Part shown: positions 25,029-36,330 of the stretch, piece after piece
Numbering within the stretch: position 1 is the first letter of the stretch
How the letters are laid out: every line of letters starts with the position of its first letter
Source: Octopus sinensis
Taxonomy: Eukaryota
Direction of reading: 5' to 3'
Assembly (NCBI RefSeq): GCF_006345805.1
Contig: NW_021836806.1
Coordinates: 1-37,184, forward strand
DNA length: 37,184 nucleotides
The notes under the pieces: model-generated
Databases searched by the model: none
What the model saw: only the letters and a program-made list of their open reading frames with translations
Told to the model about the DNA's origin: nothing
Position numbers and translations under genes: made by a program

Positions 25029-25395
25029 TATCACCACAATTTGCACCTTATCGCTGTCGTCGTCGTCATCATCACCATCATCATCATCGCTATCATCATC
25101 ATCATCCCCACATTTTCCACCTCATCGCTGTCGTCGTCATCATCACCATCATCATCATCGTTATCATCATCATTACTATCATCATCATCATCATCGTTAT
25201 CGTTATCATTAGTGTCATCATCATCATCATCATCATCATAGTCCGCGTCGTCTTCATAGTCATCTCATCATCATCATCATCATTATCATCATCATCACTG
25301 TCACCACATTCTCCACCTCATCAGTGTCGTCGTCGTCGTCGTCATCATCATCATCATCATGGTCATCATCATCACAATCGTCATCTCCGACATCA
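24050..25395. repeat. Degenerate trinucleotide (AAC/ATC/CAC/CGT) and dinucleotide (TA/TG) field
   Basis: Direct reading. Confidence 0.9.
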
Positions 25396-25399
25396 GTAT

Positions 25400-25550
25400 T
25401 TGAATGGTACTTCGTTTCAATGATCTTCGTCCCCAGAAGGATGAAAGGCAAATTTGACCCGAGGAGGAAAGGGGATTTGAACTCATAACATAAACAGCCG
25501 TAAGAAATACCACAAGACATTTTGTCCACTGGTCTTCAGATTCTTACAAT
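25400..25550 (-). mobile_element. Degenerate SINE-B-like element
   Basis: gaaggatgaaaggcaaatttgacc...ggatttgaactcataac matches the reverse complement of the B box and central domain. Confidence 0.65.
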
Positions 25551-25776
25551 ATGATGCCGTTAATCACAACAACAACCAGTTTGATGATGATGATGATGAT
25601 GAGGAGGAGGAGGAGGAGGGGGATGGTAGTGGTGGTGATATCTTTTATTTGCCATCAGAGCGATGAATGAGGGGACATTAGAAAGACACAAACATTGTAG
25701 GAATTTGTGTAGAATAAACTACTGAAAAAAATAAACTACTGAAAAAAATGAAGGAGTCAAAAGTGGACACAGTATA

Positions 25777-26610
25777 TCTGTATATATAAAAGGGAGGAGG
25801 ATGTGTGTGTGTGTGTGTGTGTACGTACGGGAATGTAATTTATGCACGTCCACAAATTAGCACGCATGTCGCTCCAATTTTAGGAGGACATTCGTCATGA
25901 TCCTAGCTGTATTTTCGTCAACTTATTTTTACCAGAGGCACCAGCGAATAGCAGTAAAAATAAATTTTCAACCAAAACTTTTAACAATTTTCAATTTGCA
26001 AACAGGAGTTAAGTCCCCTTCTAGCGACGAGTGAGTTTCTTTAAAGACTTTTGTCTATACTTAGGATGATGCCATCCACTCTGGCCAATTTTGCATTTTT
26101 CACTTCCCTTTAAATAAATTCGGTCGTGAACAGCTTCCTTTGCATCCTCACTTTCCTTTTCAAATAAAACTTGTAAAAATATATAATGGCTCTACCAATG
26201 TGGAATGCCTAATGTCTTCATGCCTTTCGACTTCGCCCACAGCCTCCTTCGCCACAGCTACGAAAAAATGTTGTACTGCCTGCCAACTTAAAAGGGGACC
26301 TCTGGGCAATCACCACTATAGTGTTAGCCAATTAAATCGTCCACGGTATGCTGCTAGTACTTTTTTTAAAACTCATCTTGGAAGGATAACGGAACAGTTG
26401 ACTTCGGTGAGGTTCAAACTTAGAATTTTAGAACCCGGGTCACAAGGTATTTGTACCGTTGCTGTAACGATGCTACCTATCCACCGTCTTTGAGAGGGTT
26501 CTGTACATTAATTTCTGGGTATTTTTGAGAACTAAAAGTACACGTCAGTTTTTTTTCTTTGTTTTTGACTAGGTAAAATAATGAGTGAGAAAGAGAGAGA
26601 GAGAGACAGT

Positions 26611-26648
<38 letters not shown>

Positions 26649-26773
26649 ATAATTGTATATACCAGATTTCTAATCAACCGGATGACAATTCGCAACATCA
26701 GTGAATGTCTTACACATTTTCTCCCTCTATCAAAGCCGAAGATTTCTCGTCCGAACACGTGGTTAAAAACTAG
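25777..26773 (+). mobile_element. Non-autonomous Helitron-type element (old)
   Basis: A|TCtgtatatataaa 5' end followed by (GT)n; ...aaaaaCTAG|T 3' end; degenerate subterminal hairpin; no TSD. Same layout as 29230-29602. Confidence 0.55.
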
Positions 26774-27014
26774 TAGGCATTGTTGAAAAAAACCCCAGAG
26801 GAGAGAAATGCATCAATGTGTTTCCGCTAATATTTAATGTGTTTTTATACAGCACGTCCAAAAGAGAAGTTACCGAAGAACAAATACGGCAGCAACTGTT
26901 TTATCAAAAGTCTATATACATTACGAATTTTCCATAGATTTACTCAACAGTAAATTTTCCATATTCGCTGAGATGAGTGTGTGTGTTGAGTATACATATA
27001 TTATTATTATTATT

Positions 27015-27557
27015 GAGTGAGAGAGCAGTTCATGCCATCAAAGTGACACTGGGGTAAAATATACGAAGCCCAATATACCCATCATGACTACCCGTCTGAT
27101 AAAGGCACACCAGGCACATGCATCACAACCATATGTGCGCGACATGGTGATCTCATATCAAGATAAACAGCACATGACCTTGCAGGTGGGGCCCAGTTAG
27201 AATTTTCTTCAGGTTGAGTAGCCCATCCCGCTCAAACGGTCCCTGGATAAGGGTTGTTTAAGGATGTTGAAAGAACCACCCATGTTTCCAGAGGTGAATT
27301 ATTCAAACCCCAAAGAATCCCTCTCAACACATGGCTATGATGCTCCCCCACTACTTCTGCTCGTGATCAGAGATGCACATATCGTCAGCCACTAAGGGAC
27401 ATGCTCAACTGGTTAAGGTGAAACAACTGACAAGCAAATCTGTGGTATTGAGCAGAATATTTGCTGTAGCCCATCTTTCATACCAGGACAAAACAATTAC
27501 ATGATAGCACTTTAAGCAGTTAAGATCAGAAGCCACGAGAGCCACTGCCTAGCACTG

Positions 27558-27558
<1 letters not shown>
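27015..27558. mobile_element. 544-bp non-coding element bounded on both sides by (TTA)n
   Basis: Sharp boundaries with (ATT)n at 27001-27014 and 27559-27606; higher complexity and GC than its flanks; no long ORF. Confidence 0.6.
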
Positions 27559-27606
<48 letters not shown>

Positions 27607-27609
<3 letters not shown>

Positions 27610-28413
27610 TAGTTTTATTTTTATAGCGTGCTTTCACTTCACTACCGAGCGCAGCTCTGTGTGCCTTGGGTATGTGCTGTGATTTGTTGTGATGCTCTGA
27701 TGGTTATTGTATGGAAAGTGTTCTGCGTAGGATGTGTACAGTGCCTAGTAGTGCAATTTTCTGTATGTTATATGTGTTTGTAAGTCCTGGTGTTTTTGTT
27801 ATGTATTTGTCTGAATATTTTTTTTATCATGCCTAATGCACCTACTATGATAGGAATTGTTTCTTTTTCAGATTCCACATTCTAGTTACCTCTATTTCCA
27901 GGTCTTTGTATTTTGAGAGTTTCTCCATTTCTTTTAGAGACACGTTGTCATCAGCCGTATTGATACATCAATTAGAAAGCATTTTTTTCTTCATGATCTC
28001 TGACAACTATATCTGGTCTGTTGGCCTTAATTTCTCTATCTGTGTGTATCGGCATATCCCAGAGTATGGTTGCTTTCTCGTTTGTCTGTGACCTTTTCTG
28101 GTGTGTGCCTATACCATCTTTTTTCTGTTGTTATTCCATAATGTTGGCATAGCTTCCAATGTATGTAGGTTCCAACTCTGTCATGTCTGTGAATATATTC
28201 CTTCTTAGCCAAGACTGGGCAGCTAGAGATAATATGATTTATTGTTTCTTGTCCATCTCCACATATTCTGCAGTTACTTGTAATATTTCTTTTCATTACA
28301 TGTTTTTGGTAATTTCTGGTGGGGAGGCTTTGGTCTTGTGCTGCAATTAAAAATCCCTCTGTTCCTGCTTTGAGTCCTGAGCTTCTCAACCATTGCTGGG
28401 ATTTTTCTTTGTC

Positions 28414-28416
<3 letters not shown>
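27607..28416 (-). mobile_element. 5'-truncated R4/Dong-like non-LTR retrotransposon (CCHC knuckle + restriction-like endonuclease), with 3' UTR and (AAT)n tail
   Basis: Minus translation ...WLRSSGLKAGTEGFLIAAQDQSL...CRICGDGQETINHIISSC...RHDRV..., then after frameshifts ATILWDMPIHTDREIKANRPDIVV...CFLIDVSI...EKLSKYKDLEIE...RMW. Stop at 27704-27706; (TAA)n on both sides. Confidence 0.9.
27704..28415 (-). pseudogene. Frameshifted C-terminal ORF remnant of the R4/Dong-like element
   Basis: At least three 1-nt frameshifts are needed to join the CCHC, RHD and PD..D...K..KY motifs. Confidence 0.85.
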
Positions 28417-28451
<35 letters not shown>

Positions 28452-28459
28452 CATCATCA

Positions 28460-28523
<64 letters not shown>

Positions 28524-29229
28524 CATATTATTATTATTATTATTATTATTTTATCAGTATTTATTTCGTTACTCTGATTTATTAGTTATTACGGAGATAT
28601 ACATGCAGCGTGGAAGGTGTTTAAATGCCATTTGAAAAAACACGCAAAAGCCATTAGATTCACTTCAACATTTAAATTTAATTTGCCAAAATATTTTCGG
28701 CGCTTTGAGACCGCCACCTGTTCACTGATGAAATTCCGAGCTGCATTTATTAGTTCTTTCCTGCATTCGTTTTCAGTATGTCCACTATTGCGCATGTGCA
28801 ATAGTTTTCATTATGTCCACTATTGCGCATACATATAGAAAAGGTATGGACAGCATTTTGCGAGTTGCGGGCTGCAGTTAACTCATAACCTACAGATACT
28901 GACTCCATTGAATCTGTGCATGCATACACGCATACACATACATACACACATCTGTATACACGTAAACATCAACACAAACACACACACGCACACACACACA
29001 CACACACATATATACACACGTGCACACACTCACACACATATACACACGTGCACTCACACATACAATAGACCATGGTGATGTGTGTGCATATGTGTGTGTG
29101 CGTACATATATGCATATATGCATGTATCTATATATATGTATGGATTAAATAGAAGTACGTATGTATGTATGTATGTATGTATGTATGTATGTATGTATGC
29201 TTGTTTGTCAATATATATATATATATATA

Positions 29230-29602
29230 TCTCTTTATATAAACGGCAGTTTGTCTGTGTGTGTTTCTGTGTGTCTGTCAGGTTGTACCCTCACCCTGAC
29301 CACGGCTTTCAACCGATTCTGATGAAACTTGACACACACATAGCCCAATGTCATAATTCAAAACTAACGCAGAGAAAATTTTGAAAAGTTCCCCCAGTTC
29401 TGAAAAAAATCGATAAATTCGACATGGGGTCGAGAATGAGAAACATAAACCACAGACTGTCTAGGGGACGCAACTCGACCGTTTTAACTCTCAAAAAAAA
29501 ATTTACCATAATTTTTTTTCCATTTTTTTGGCTATAACTCTCTAAAAATGCTTTATAGTTATATCCCTTACAAACCCGAGCAACGCCGGGCGATACTGCT
29601 AG
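29230..29602 (+). mobile_element. Non-autonomous Helitron-type element (DINE/HINE-like layout)
   Basis: A|TC 5' end followed by (GT)-rich sequence; subterminal hairpin CCCGagcaacgcCGGG 29575-29590; 3' CTAG|T; inserted in (TA)n with no TSD. Confidence 0.8.
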
Positions 29603-30077
29603 TATATATATATATATATATATATGTAGTTGTGTGTGCATATAAATGTAGATGTGTTTGCCTAAAAAACGTATTATGTATGTATGTTTGTCAATATATA
29701 TATATAGAGAGAGAGAGAGAGAAAGAGAGAGAGTGAGAGAGAGAGGGAAAGGGAGATAGATAGATAGATAGAGGTGCCTGCATATAAATACACACATGTG
29801 TATTTGTGTATGTATGCATATATGCATGTATGTACGTGTGTATGTATGCGCGTTTGTTTGGGGGTGGATGGGCATCAGTGCACATGCGCAAACCCTTGAC
29901 AACCAATAGGGAATGACCGTTCAGCATGAACTGTTTTCTCGACTCCGGTTTCTTAGGTGACCACAGAAGCGGATAAGAGACACGGCCATACTCTGGACTC
30001 TCGACCATCCGGACTCTGGATTCAACGCAACTCAGAAGGTGCCACACTTTGAGGAGAGACGGCTTGACTATTGTGTA

Positions 30078-30282
30078 CGCACACACACATACACAAGCAC
30101 ATACACATACACAAACACATACACATACACAAGCACACACACACAACACAAACACACAACTACACCACACACACCACCACACACACACACACAAGCACAC
30201 ACACACACACACACACACACACAAGCACACAACACACACACACACACAAGCACACACACAACACACACACACACACACCAAG

Positions 30283-30315
<33 letters not shown>

Positions 30316-30370
30316 GCACACACACACACACACACACAAGCACACACACACACACACACACACACACAAG
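30078..30370. repeat. (CA)n with recurrent CAAGCA interruptions
   Basis: Direct reading. Confidence 0.95.
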
Positions 30371-30409
30371 CAGAGAGAAGATAATCGTTAAATCTTTGGT
30401 TTTCAAGAT

Positions 30410-31330
30410 TCTTATTTCACTTTCTTATCCTTCTCTCTCTCTTCCTCCTTCTCTCTCACTCTTTTGCTCTCTCTCTCTCTCTATGTTTTGATTTCCCTCT
30501 CTCTATCTTTCTCTCTCTTCTTCCTCGCGCTCTCTTTCCCTTTTTATCTTCCTTCTCTCTCTCTCTCTCTCTCTCTCCCTTCCGCTCCTTCTTTCGTCCT
30601 CCCTCCAGTTCTGTCTTCCTTCTATTTTATTTCTCTCTTCTCTCTTACCTTTCTCTCTCTCTCCATCAATTTTCTTCTCTCTTCCTACCAATCCATCTAT
30701 TTCCTCCCTCTTTCCTCCCTCCTCCTTCTTCCTTCTTCTTCCTTCCTTCCTTCCTTCCTTCCTTCCTTCCTTCCTTCCTTCCTTCCTTCTTTCCCTTCTT
30801 TCCTCCTTCCTTCCTTCGTATCTGTCTTTATATTCGCCATTATTTCGTTTCATCTCCTCCTTCCTTCCTCTCTTTCTTTCTTTCTTTCTTTTTCTCTTCT
30901 TTCTTCTTTCTTTCTTTCTTTCCTTTCTTTCTTCTTTCTTTTCTTTCTTTCTTTTTCTTTTCTTCTTTCTTCTTTCTTTCTTTCTTTCTCTTTTCTTCTT
31001 CCTCCTTCTTTCCTTTCCTTCCTTCTTACTTCCTTTCTTTCTCTCTTTCTGTCTTTTTCTTCTTCCTCTTCTTCTTCCTTCCTCTTCTTTTTTCTTCCTC
31101 TTCTTTTTTCTTCTTGTTCTTGTTCTTCTTCTTCTTGTTCTTCTTCTACTTCTTCTCCTCCTCCTCCTCCTCCTCCTTCTTGTTCTTCTTGTTCTTCTTG
31201 TTCTTGTTCTTCTTCTTCTTCTTCTTCTTCTCCTCCTCCTCCTCCTCCTCCTCCTCCTCCTCCTTCTTCTTCTTCTTCTTCTTCTTCTCCTCCTTCTTCT
31301 CCTCCTTCTTCTCCTTCTTCTTCTTCATTA
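30410..31330. repeat. ~0.9-kb polypyrimidine/polypurine tract: (CT)n, (CCTT)n, (CTTT)n, (CTT)n, (CCT)n
   Basis: Direct reading; the plus strand is almost entirely C/T. Confidence 0.95.
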
Positions 31331-32424
31331 TTTCCCCAACATTTACACCAGACATCAAACAACAGATGACTAATTAATTTTACATACATGAAAACATATT
31401 TATTTAGATGTTAAAAATAAACATAATTTATTTGTCGTCGTTTTCTTTGTTGTTTTAAAGCCGTTCGGTTAACGACCACAAAAACGTGTCTTTATTTCAT
31501 TATTTCATTACATCTGTACGTACGACTTTATTTATTTATATGTATCTGCCATCTGTTTATCTATCTGTCTGTCTGTCTTTGCGCGTGTATATACGTGTGT
31601 GTGTATGTGTCCGTGTGTACGTTAGTGCGTATGGATATGTGTATATATATGTATATACATATATGTGTGTGTGTGTATAAGTATATATATATATATATGT
31701 ATATATATGCATATATATATATACATATATATATATAAATATATATACTTACCCTCCCACACATAAATAAATACCTTCACACATGCATGCTTGCATGCAT
31801 GTATGTTTGTATGTATGTATGTATGTATGTATGTATGTTTGTATGTATGTATGTTTGTATGTATGTATGTATGTATGTATGTATATTGGCTCGACCATAA
31901 CCTTGTGAGCGAAATTCTATAGACGGAAACTGTGTGGAAGCCATACAGGCGTAGGTGAGTGGGTGATTGGATGGATGGTAATATTTGTCCGGTTTTAAGT
32001 TTAGCACCATTACCTGTCCCTCACACACCTTAATTGTGTCCACTTCGTTAGAAGCAGTCCCAATCTCTATTCTAGAGACTAATTTATTCTCTTCCTTTCA
32101 ATAGTCTCAAAGACTTAGAATGGCTTATAAAGACCACCCTTCCAGTATTATTAAGCTCCCACCCACCCAAATCCCTTCAACAGGCTTTACCTGAACCAGA
32201 CCTATATATTAAAAGGAACCACCGTATCCATCTGTTTGATCATTCTTGGAGATATCTGAAGAAATCTTGACAATTACTGATCATTTTTGAACTGACTGAC
32301 ATAAAACTATAAGAACATTAGCGACATCAGCTGGCAAATACTACCATCGAAATAACAAGCCCCGTCATAGATTAGAGCCAAAACCATCCCTGAAAGACTT
32401 GCTACTGGAAAGAATAGTGGAGTT

Positions 32425-32575
32425 GCATGGCTTAGTTGTTAGGGTATTGGACTCATGATCGTAACATTGCGGTTTCGATTCCCGGGCCGGTTGATGCGTT
32501 GTGTTCTTGAGCAAAACACTTCATTTCACATAGCTCCAGTCCTCTCAGTTGCTAGAAATAGGTAATTCTGCGACA
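32425..32575 (+). mobile_element. Third tRNA-derived SINE family (tRNA head + CORE-like block), truncated
   Basis: TGGCTTAGTTG A box, GGTTTCGATTCCC B box, then gtgttcttgagcaaaacactt, resembling the CORE consensus GTGNCCTTGRGCAAGNCACTT. Confidence 0.78.
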
Positions 32576-33030
32576 AACTTATGAGCCAGGCATGGCTCAA
32601 GAAGGAACAAAACTGGGAAATAGGCCCTTTATAGTATAATAGTGACTAAACATAATGGATAATTTTCCGTCAAATTTTAATCTGCGAGCACAATTTTTTT
32701 CTTTCTTTTGCTTTTTTTTTGCGCTTTTTTTGTTTTGTTTTGTCTTTTTTTTTTAATAATTTTCAGTTAGATGAAGAAGTTACAGCCTGCTAAGGATTCT
32801 TTTCTGGGCCCCTGAATCTGTATTTAAAAAAAAGGGACTCATTGCAAGGTATAGTCTCGATAGCAAAAGGACGAGTGATTGCAACTACAACGCATGTGGT
32901 TATAAGTTTTGCTTGACGCAGATTGACCCGGAAATAAATAAATGAGAACAACAACAGTTAAACTTTATTGATATCGACAAAATCTTTTGAATATATTAGT
33001 TAAATATATTAGCTTCTTATGTTGAATTTG

Positions 33031-33260
33031 GGTGGCACTTCCGGTTTGTCTTTGCTTAATCGAATACGTCAGTCACAGGTAGTAATTTCTAGCTTTATAT
33101 TTGCCTCGTCAAATATTTCGATTACCGGTGGTGACTTCCGGCTTTGTCTTTGCTTCGTCTAAATACATCGAGAACAGGAAGCAACTTCCGATTTTGTCCG
33201 TGTCTCCAATCATATATCGGTCACGAGTGGTAACTTCTCATTTTCATTTTGCTTCATCGC
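33031..33260 (+). repeat. Degenerate ~49-bp tandem repeat (5 units; 2 more units at ~35074-35172)
   Basis: Units start at 33031, 33078, 33127, 33177 and 33226; approximate consensus ggtggtgACTTCCGGttttgtctttgcttcgtctaaatatatcg. Confidence 0.7.
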
Positions 33261-33261
33261 A

Positions 33262-33600
33262 TAGGCGCATGCCTGACTGTGCGATTAAGAGCTTGTTTCC
33301 CAATCATGTGGTCTTGGGTTCAGTCTCACTGCGCAGCACTCTGTGCTTTATTCGACTAAACCATTGAATCTCAACTGCTTTTATTTATGGACCCTTTTGA
33401 TTACTATTTTATCTTTTACTTGTTTCTGTGATTAGACTGCAGCCATGCGGTAGTATCATTTTGAAGGGTTTATCCCAGTTGTTCTTTTAAGGGGTCTAAG
33501 CAAAATAGTAAATTAGGGACCCACAGTAGTATGTATATCAAGTGTTCATGAAAAAGCTTTACTTCAGATGTATTTATTGCAAGAATCAGCTCTGCTATAG
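33262..33600. mobile_element. Rearranged SINE-A / hAT-MITE composite
   Basis: SINE head 33262-33340, then ttattcgactaaac and the MITE left end (33362-33412). An inverted block follows, with the SINE tail (33413-33475) and the MITE right half (33476-33594). Confidence 0.7.
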
Positions 33601-33771
33601 CTCCAGACCGACTAACACTTTTCCAACCGATATGGTAGAAATAATTCTGTGTATGTGTTTGTCTCTCAACAGCGCTTGACAACCTGTGTTCGTTTGTTTT
33701 CATCCCCGTAACTTAGCAGTTTATGTAAAAGAGACCAATGGAATAAGTCATCGTCGTCATATATCGTATAC

Positions 33772-33994
33772 GTGTTTCTTTATTACCCACAAGGGGCTAA
33801 ACACAGAGGGAGACAAACAAGGACAGACAAACGGATTAAGTCGATTATATCGACCCCAATGCGTAACTGGTACTTAATTTATCGACCCCGAAAGGATGAA
33901 AGGCAAAGTCGACCTCGGCGGAATTTGAACTCAGAACGTAACGGCAGACGAAATACCGTCGAGCGTGCTAACGATTCTGCCAGCTCGCCGCCTT
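33772..33994 (-). mobile_element. SINE-B monomer with a 21-bp TSD
   Basis: tcgtcgtcatatatcgtatac (33751-33771) and tcgtcgtcatgtatcgtatac (33995-34015). Confidence 0.93.
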
Positions 33995-34195
33995 TCGTCG
34001 TCATGTATCGTATACCTGCAGCTCATTGATGACACTGCAACGAAGGTCTTCCCGATTTTCTCCACCTGCTTTGTCACACTTCTCGTGGTATTGTCTATCC
34101 ATCGCATTCTTTGCCTGCCTCTTGATCTACTGCCGTCTACTCGTCTTTCCATAAGGATGCCTTCTAGGTCGCTGCTTCTTCGAATGAGATTTCAC
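33995..34195 (-). mobile_element. 3' end of an RTE-clade LINE (BovB-like C-terminus)
   Basis: Minus translation ...DLEGILMERRVDGSRSRGRQRMRWIDN... matches the RTE C-terminal G.R.RGR.R.RW.D motif, followed by a short (GAC/GAT) tail. Confidence 0.75.
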
Positions 34196-34246
34196 CGGGC
34201 TTAACAAAAGCTAAATCAATACAGGGGTAGATTTATTCGACTACAC

Positions 34247-34999
34247 CAGGGATTCTCAACCATTTTTATTCATAGACCCCTCTGATTACTATTTTATTCT
34301 GGTGAACCCCTATAACCATCTGATGCTTATAAACTAGTTTTATAGATACTTCTTTCAAAATTTCTATTTTGCTTTTCACACACTAACTTGTGATGGTTGA
34401 ACTACGGAAAACGTTTGGAGAAAGAAACCGAGCTGTTGCTTACAATAAATACATTTGAAGCAAAACCTTTTCATGAACACTTCATAGGCGTAGGAGTGGC
34501 TGCGTGGTAAGTAGCTTGCTTACCTACCACATGGTTCCAGGTTCATTCCCACTGCGTGGCACCTTGGGAAAGTGTCTTCTAGTATAGCCTCGGGCCGACC
34601 AAACCCTTGTGAGTGGATTTGGTAGACGGAAACTCAAAGAAGCCTGTCGTATATATGTATATATGTGTGTGTGTGTTTGTGTGCCTGTGTTTGTCCCCCC
34701 AATATCGCTTGATAACCGATGCTGGTGTATTTACGTCCCCGTAACCTAGCGGTTCGGCAAAAGAGACCGATAGAATAAGTACTAGGCTTACAAAGAATAA
34801 GTCCTGGGGTCGATTTGCTCGGCTAAAAGCGGTGCTCCAGCATGGCTGCAGTCAAATGACTGAAACAAGTAAAAGAGTAAAAGAGTAAAGAGTACTACTT
34901 AATGAACACTTAATGTACTAAATAGTACTGTGGGACCCTAATTTACTATTTTGCTTAGACCCCCAAAAATCTTATAAGGACCCCGATTGAGAACCACTA
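34247..34999. mobile_element. hAT (Buster-like) MITE containing a young SINE-A
   Basis: TIRs cagggattctcaacc / gattgagaaccacta (11/15). Degenerate 8-bp TSD gactacac / cgataaac, with TA at positions 4-5. Confidence 0.75.
34487..34894 (+). mobile_element. SINE-A, full-length reference copy (tRNA-derived head, CORE-like block, internal microsatellite, (GTAAAAGA)n tail)
   Basis: A box TGGCTGCGTGG and B box GGTTCATTCCC. TSD-like atgaacacttcat (34473-34485) / atgaacacttaat (34902-34914). The empty site is visible in the paralogous MITE near 33540-33555 (minus strand). Confidence 0.93.
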
Positions 35000-35454
35000 C
35001 GATAAACCCTTCAAAACAATACTCCGGCTGAAACAAATAAATACTAGAGGCTAAAACATAGTCATATCAACTAGGAGCGGCGGTTTCACATTTTCATTTT
35101 TTGGCCTCTTCTGAAAGTATCGAACGCGGGTGACGAGTTCCGGTTTTACCTTCGCCTCGTCTAAATATATCCTTAATATTCAGCTGTACCAAACTTTGGT
35201 AAGAAGTAAATAAAGCAACAAAATGAAATTCGAAATAAATGAATAAATAACGTTACAAGAATTTTCTTGGAGGTAAAATTCCTGAAAGTATGTCGCAGGA
35301 ATATGCTAGGAGAAAAGTGAAAATTAAATTAAATTTAAATAAATTCGATCTGTGTAAACGAATTTAAACATAATGTAGCACCGCAGTGAGAAACAGTTGA
35401 TAAGCTGTAGCCTCAGGTGATGACGAGGTGGGAGAAACCGAGTGTGCCATAACA

Positions 35455-35522
35455 CAACAACAGCAATAATAATAATAATAATAATAATGGTAATTGTAAT
35501 AATGATGATAAGGATGGTGATG

Positions 35523-35592
<70 letters not shown>

Positions 35593-35753
35593 TAATAATA
35601 ACAATAATAATAATAAAAATAACAATAATAATAATAAAAATAACAATAATAGTAATAATGGTAACAATAATAATAGTAATGATAATAATAATAATAATAA
35701 TAATAAAAATAATAATGATAATAATAATGATAATAACAATAATAATAATAATA

Positions 35754-35788
<35 letters not shown>

Positions 35789-35929
35789 CATTAGTATTGT
35801 CATCATCATCATCATCATCATCATTATATCATCGTTGTTATTATGGTTATAATTCTTGTTAGTACTGTTGTTATTATTGCTACCGCTGCTGCTGCTGCTG
35901 CTCCTTCACCTTCCTCCTCCTCCTCCTCT

Positions 35930-35987
<58 letters not shown>

Positions 35988-36121
35988 ACTGCTGCTACTA
36001 CTACTACTACTGCTGCTACTACTACTCTAGTTAGTATTATTAATGTCATTACTTTCATTTTTAATTTTATTTTTATTATTTTAAAATGTTGTTGTTGTTG
36101 CTCATCGTCATCATGTCTCCT

Positions 36122-36154
<33 letters not shown>

Positions 36155-36330
36155 GTCGTATCATCATCATCATCGTCATCATCATCATCATCTTCATCAT
36201 CTACCCCCCACCACCGTGTCCATATGCTTCATTACTCACCTGTCCGTCGTCGTCATCGTCGTAGTGATAGTCGTTGTCGTCGTCCTCTTCCTTCCCTCGT
36301 CCTCCTCCGCCTCGTCCTCTTCATTATCCT
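35455..36330. repeat. (AAT)n to (ATT)n switch, then (CTA)n/(CTG)n/(CAT)n trinucleotide field
   Basis: Direct reading. Confidence 0.93.

Larger units (their letters stand above)
33650..35040 (+). mobile_element. Old SINE-A 3' half split by nested RTE, SINE-B, hAT MITE and young SINE-A insertions
   Basis: Pieces 33650-33747, 34190-34246 and 35000-35040 are colinear with the SINE-A body and tail. Confidence 0.72.

Noticed and set aside
26140-26493. 117-aa ORF inside the Helitron-type element
   Set aside because: No Rep/helicase or other motif; its length is compatible with chance.
28680-28735. Hammerhead-like layout (minus: GGCG...CGCC GAAA ATATTTT) and a plus-strand CTGATGA at 28725
   Set aside because: The minus strand lacks CUGANGA before stem II, and the plus-strand CTGATGA has no stem II or GAAA. 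A family consensus could be re-examined.
29319-29330. CTGATGAAAC as a hammerhead core
   Set aside because: There is no stem II between CTGATGA and GAAA; it is part of the Helitron-type element.
29900-30075. GC-balanced island as an exon
   Set aside because: The acceptor at 29957 is plausible, but the donor is weak and no frame gives a recognisable protein.
31747-31760. Consensus minus-strand donor GAGG|gtaagt
   Set aside because: No acceptor or open unique sequence upstream; it is embedded in microsatellites.
36234-36330. Minus-strand donor CAG|gtgagt after an Asp-rich frame
   Set aside because: The upstream sequence is a decayed (GAC/GAG)n repeat with no acceptor.
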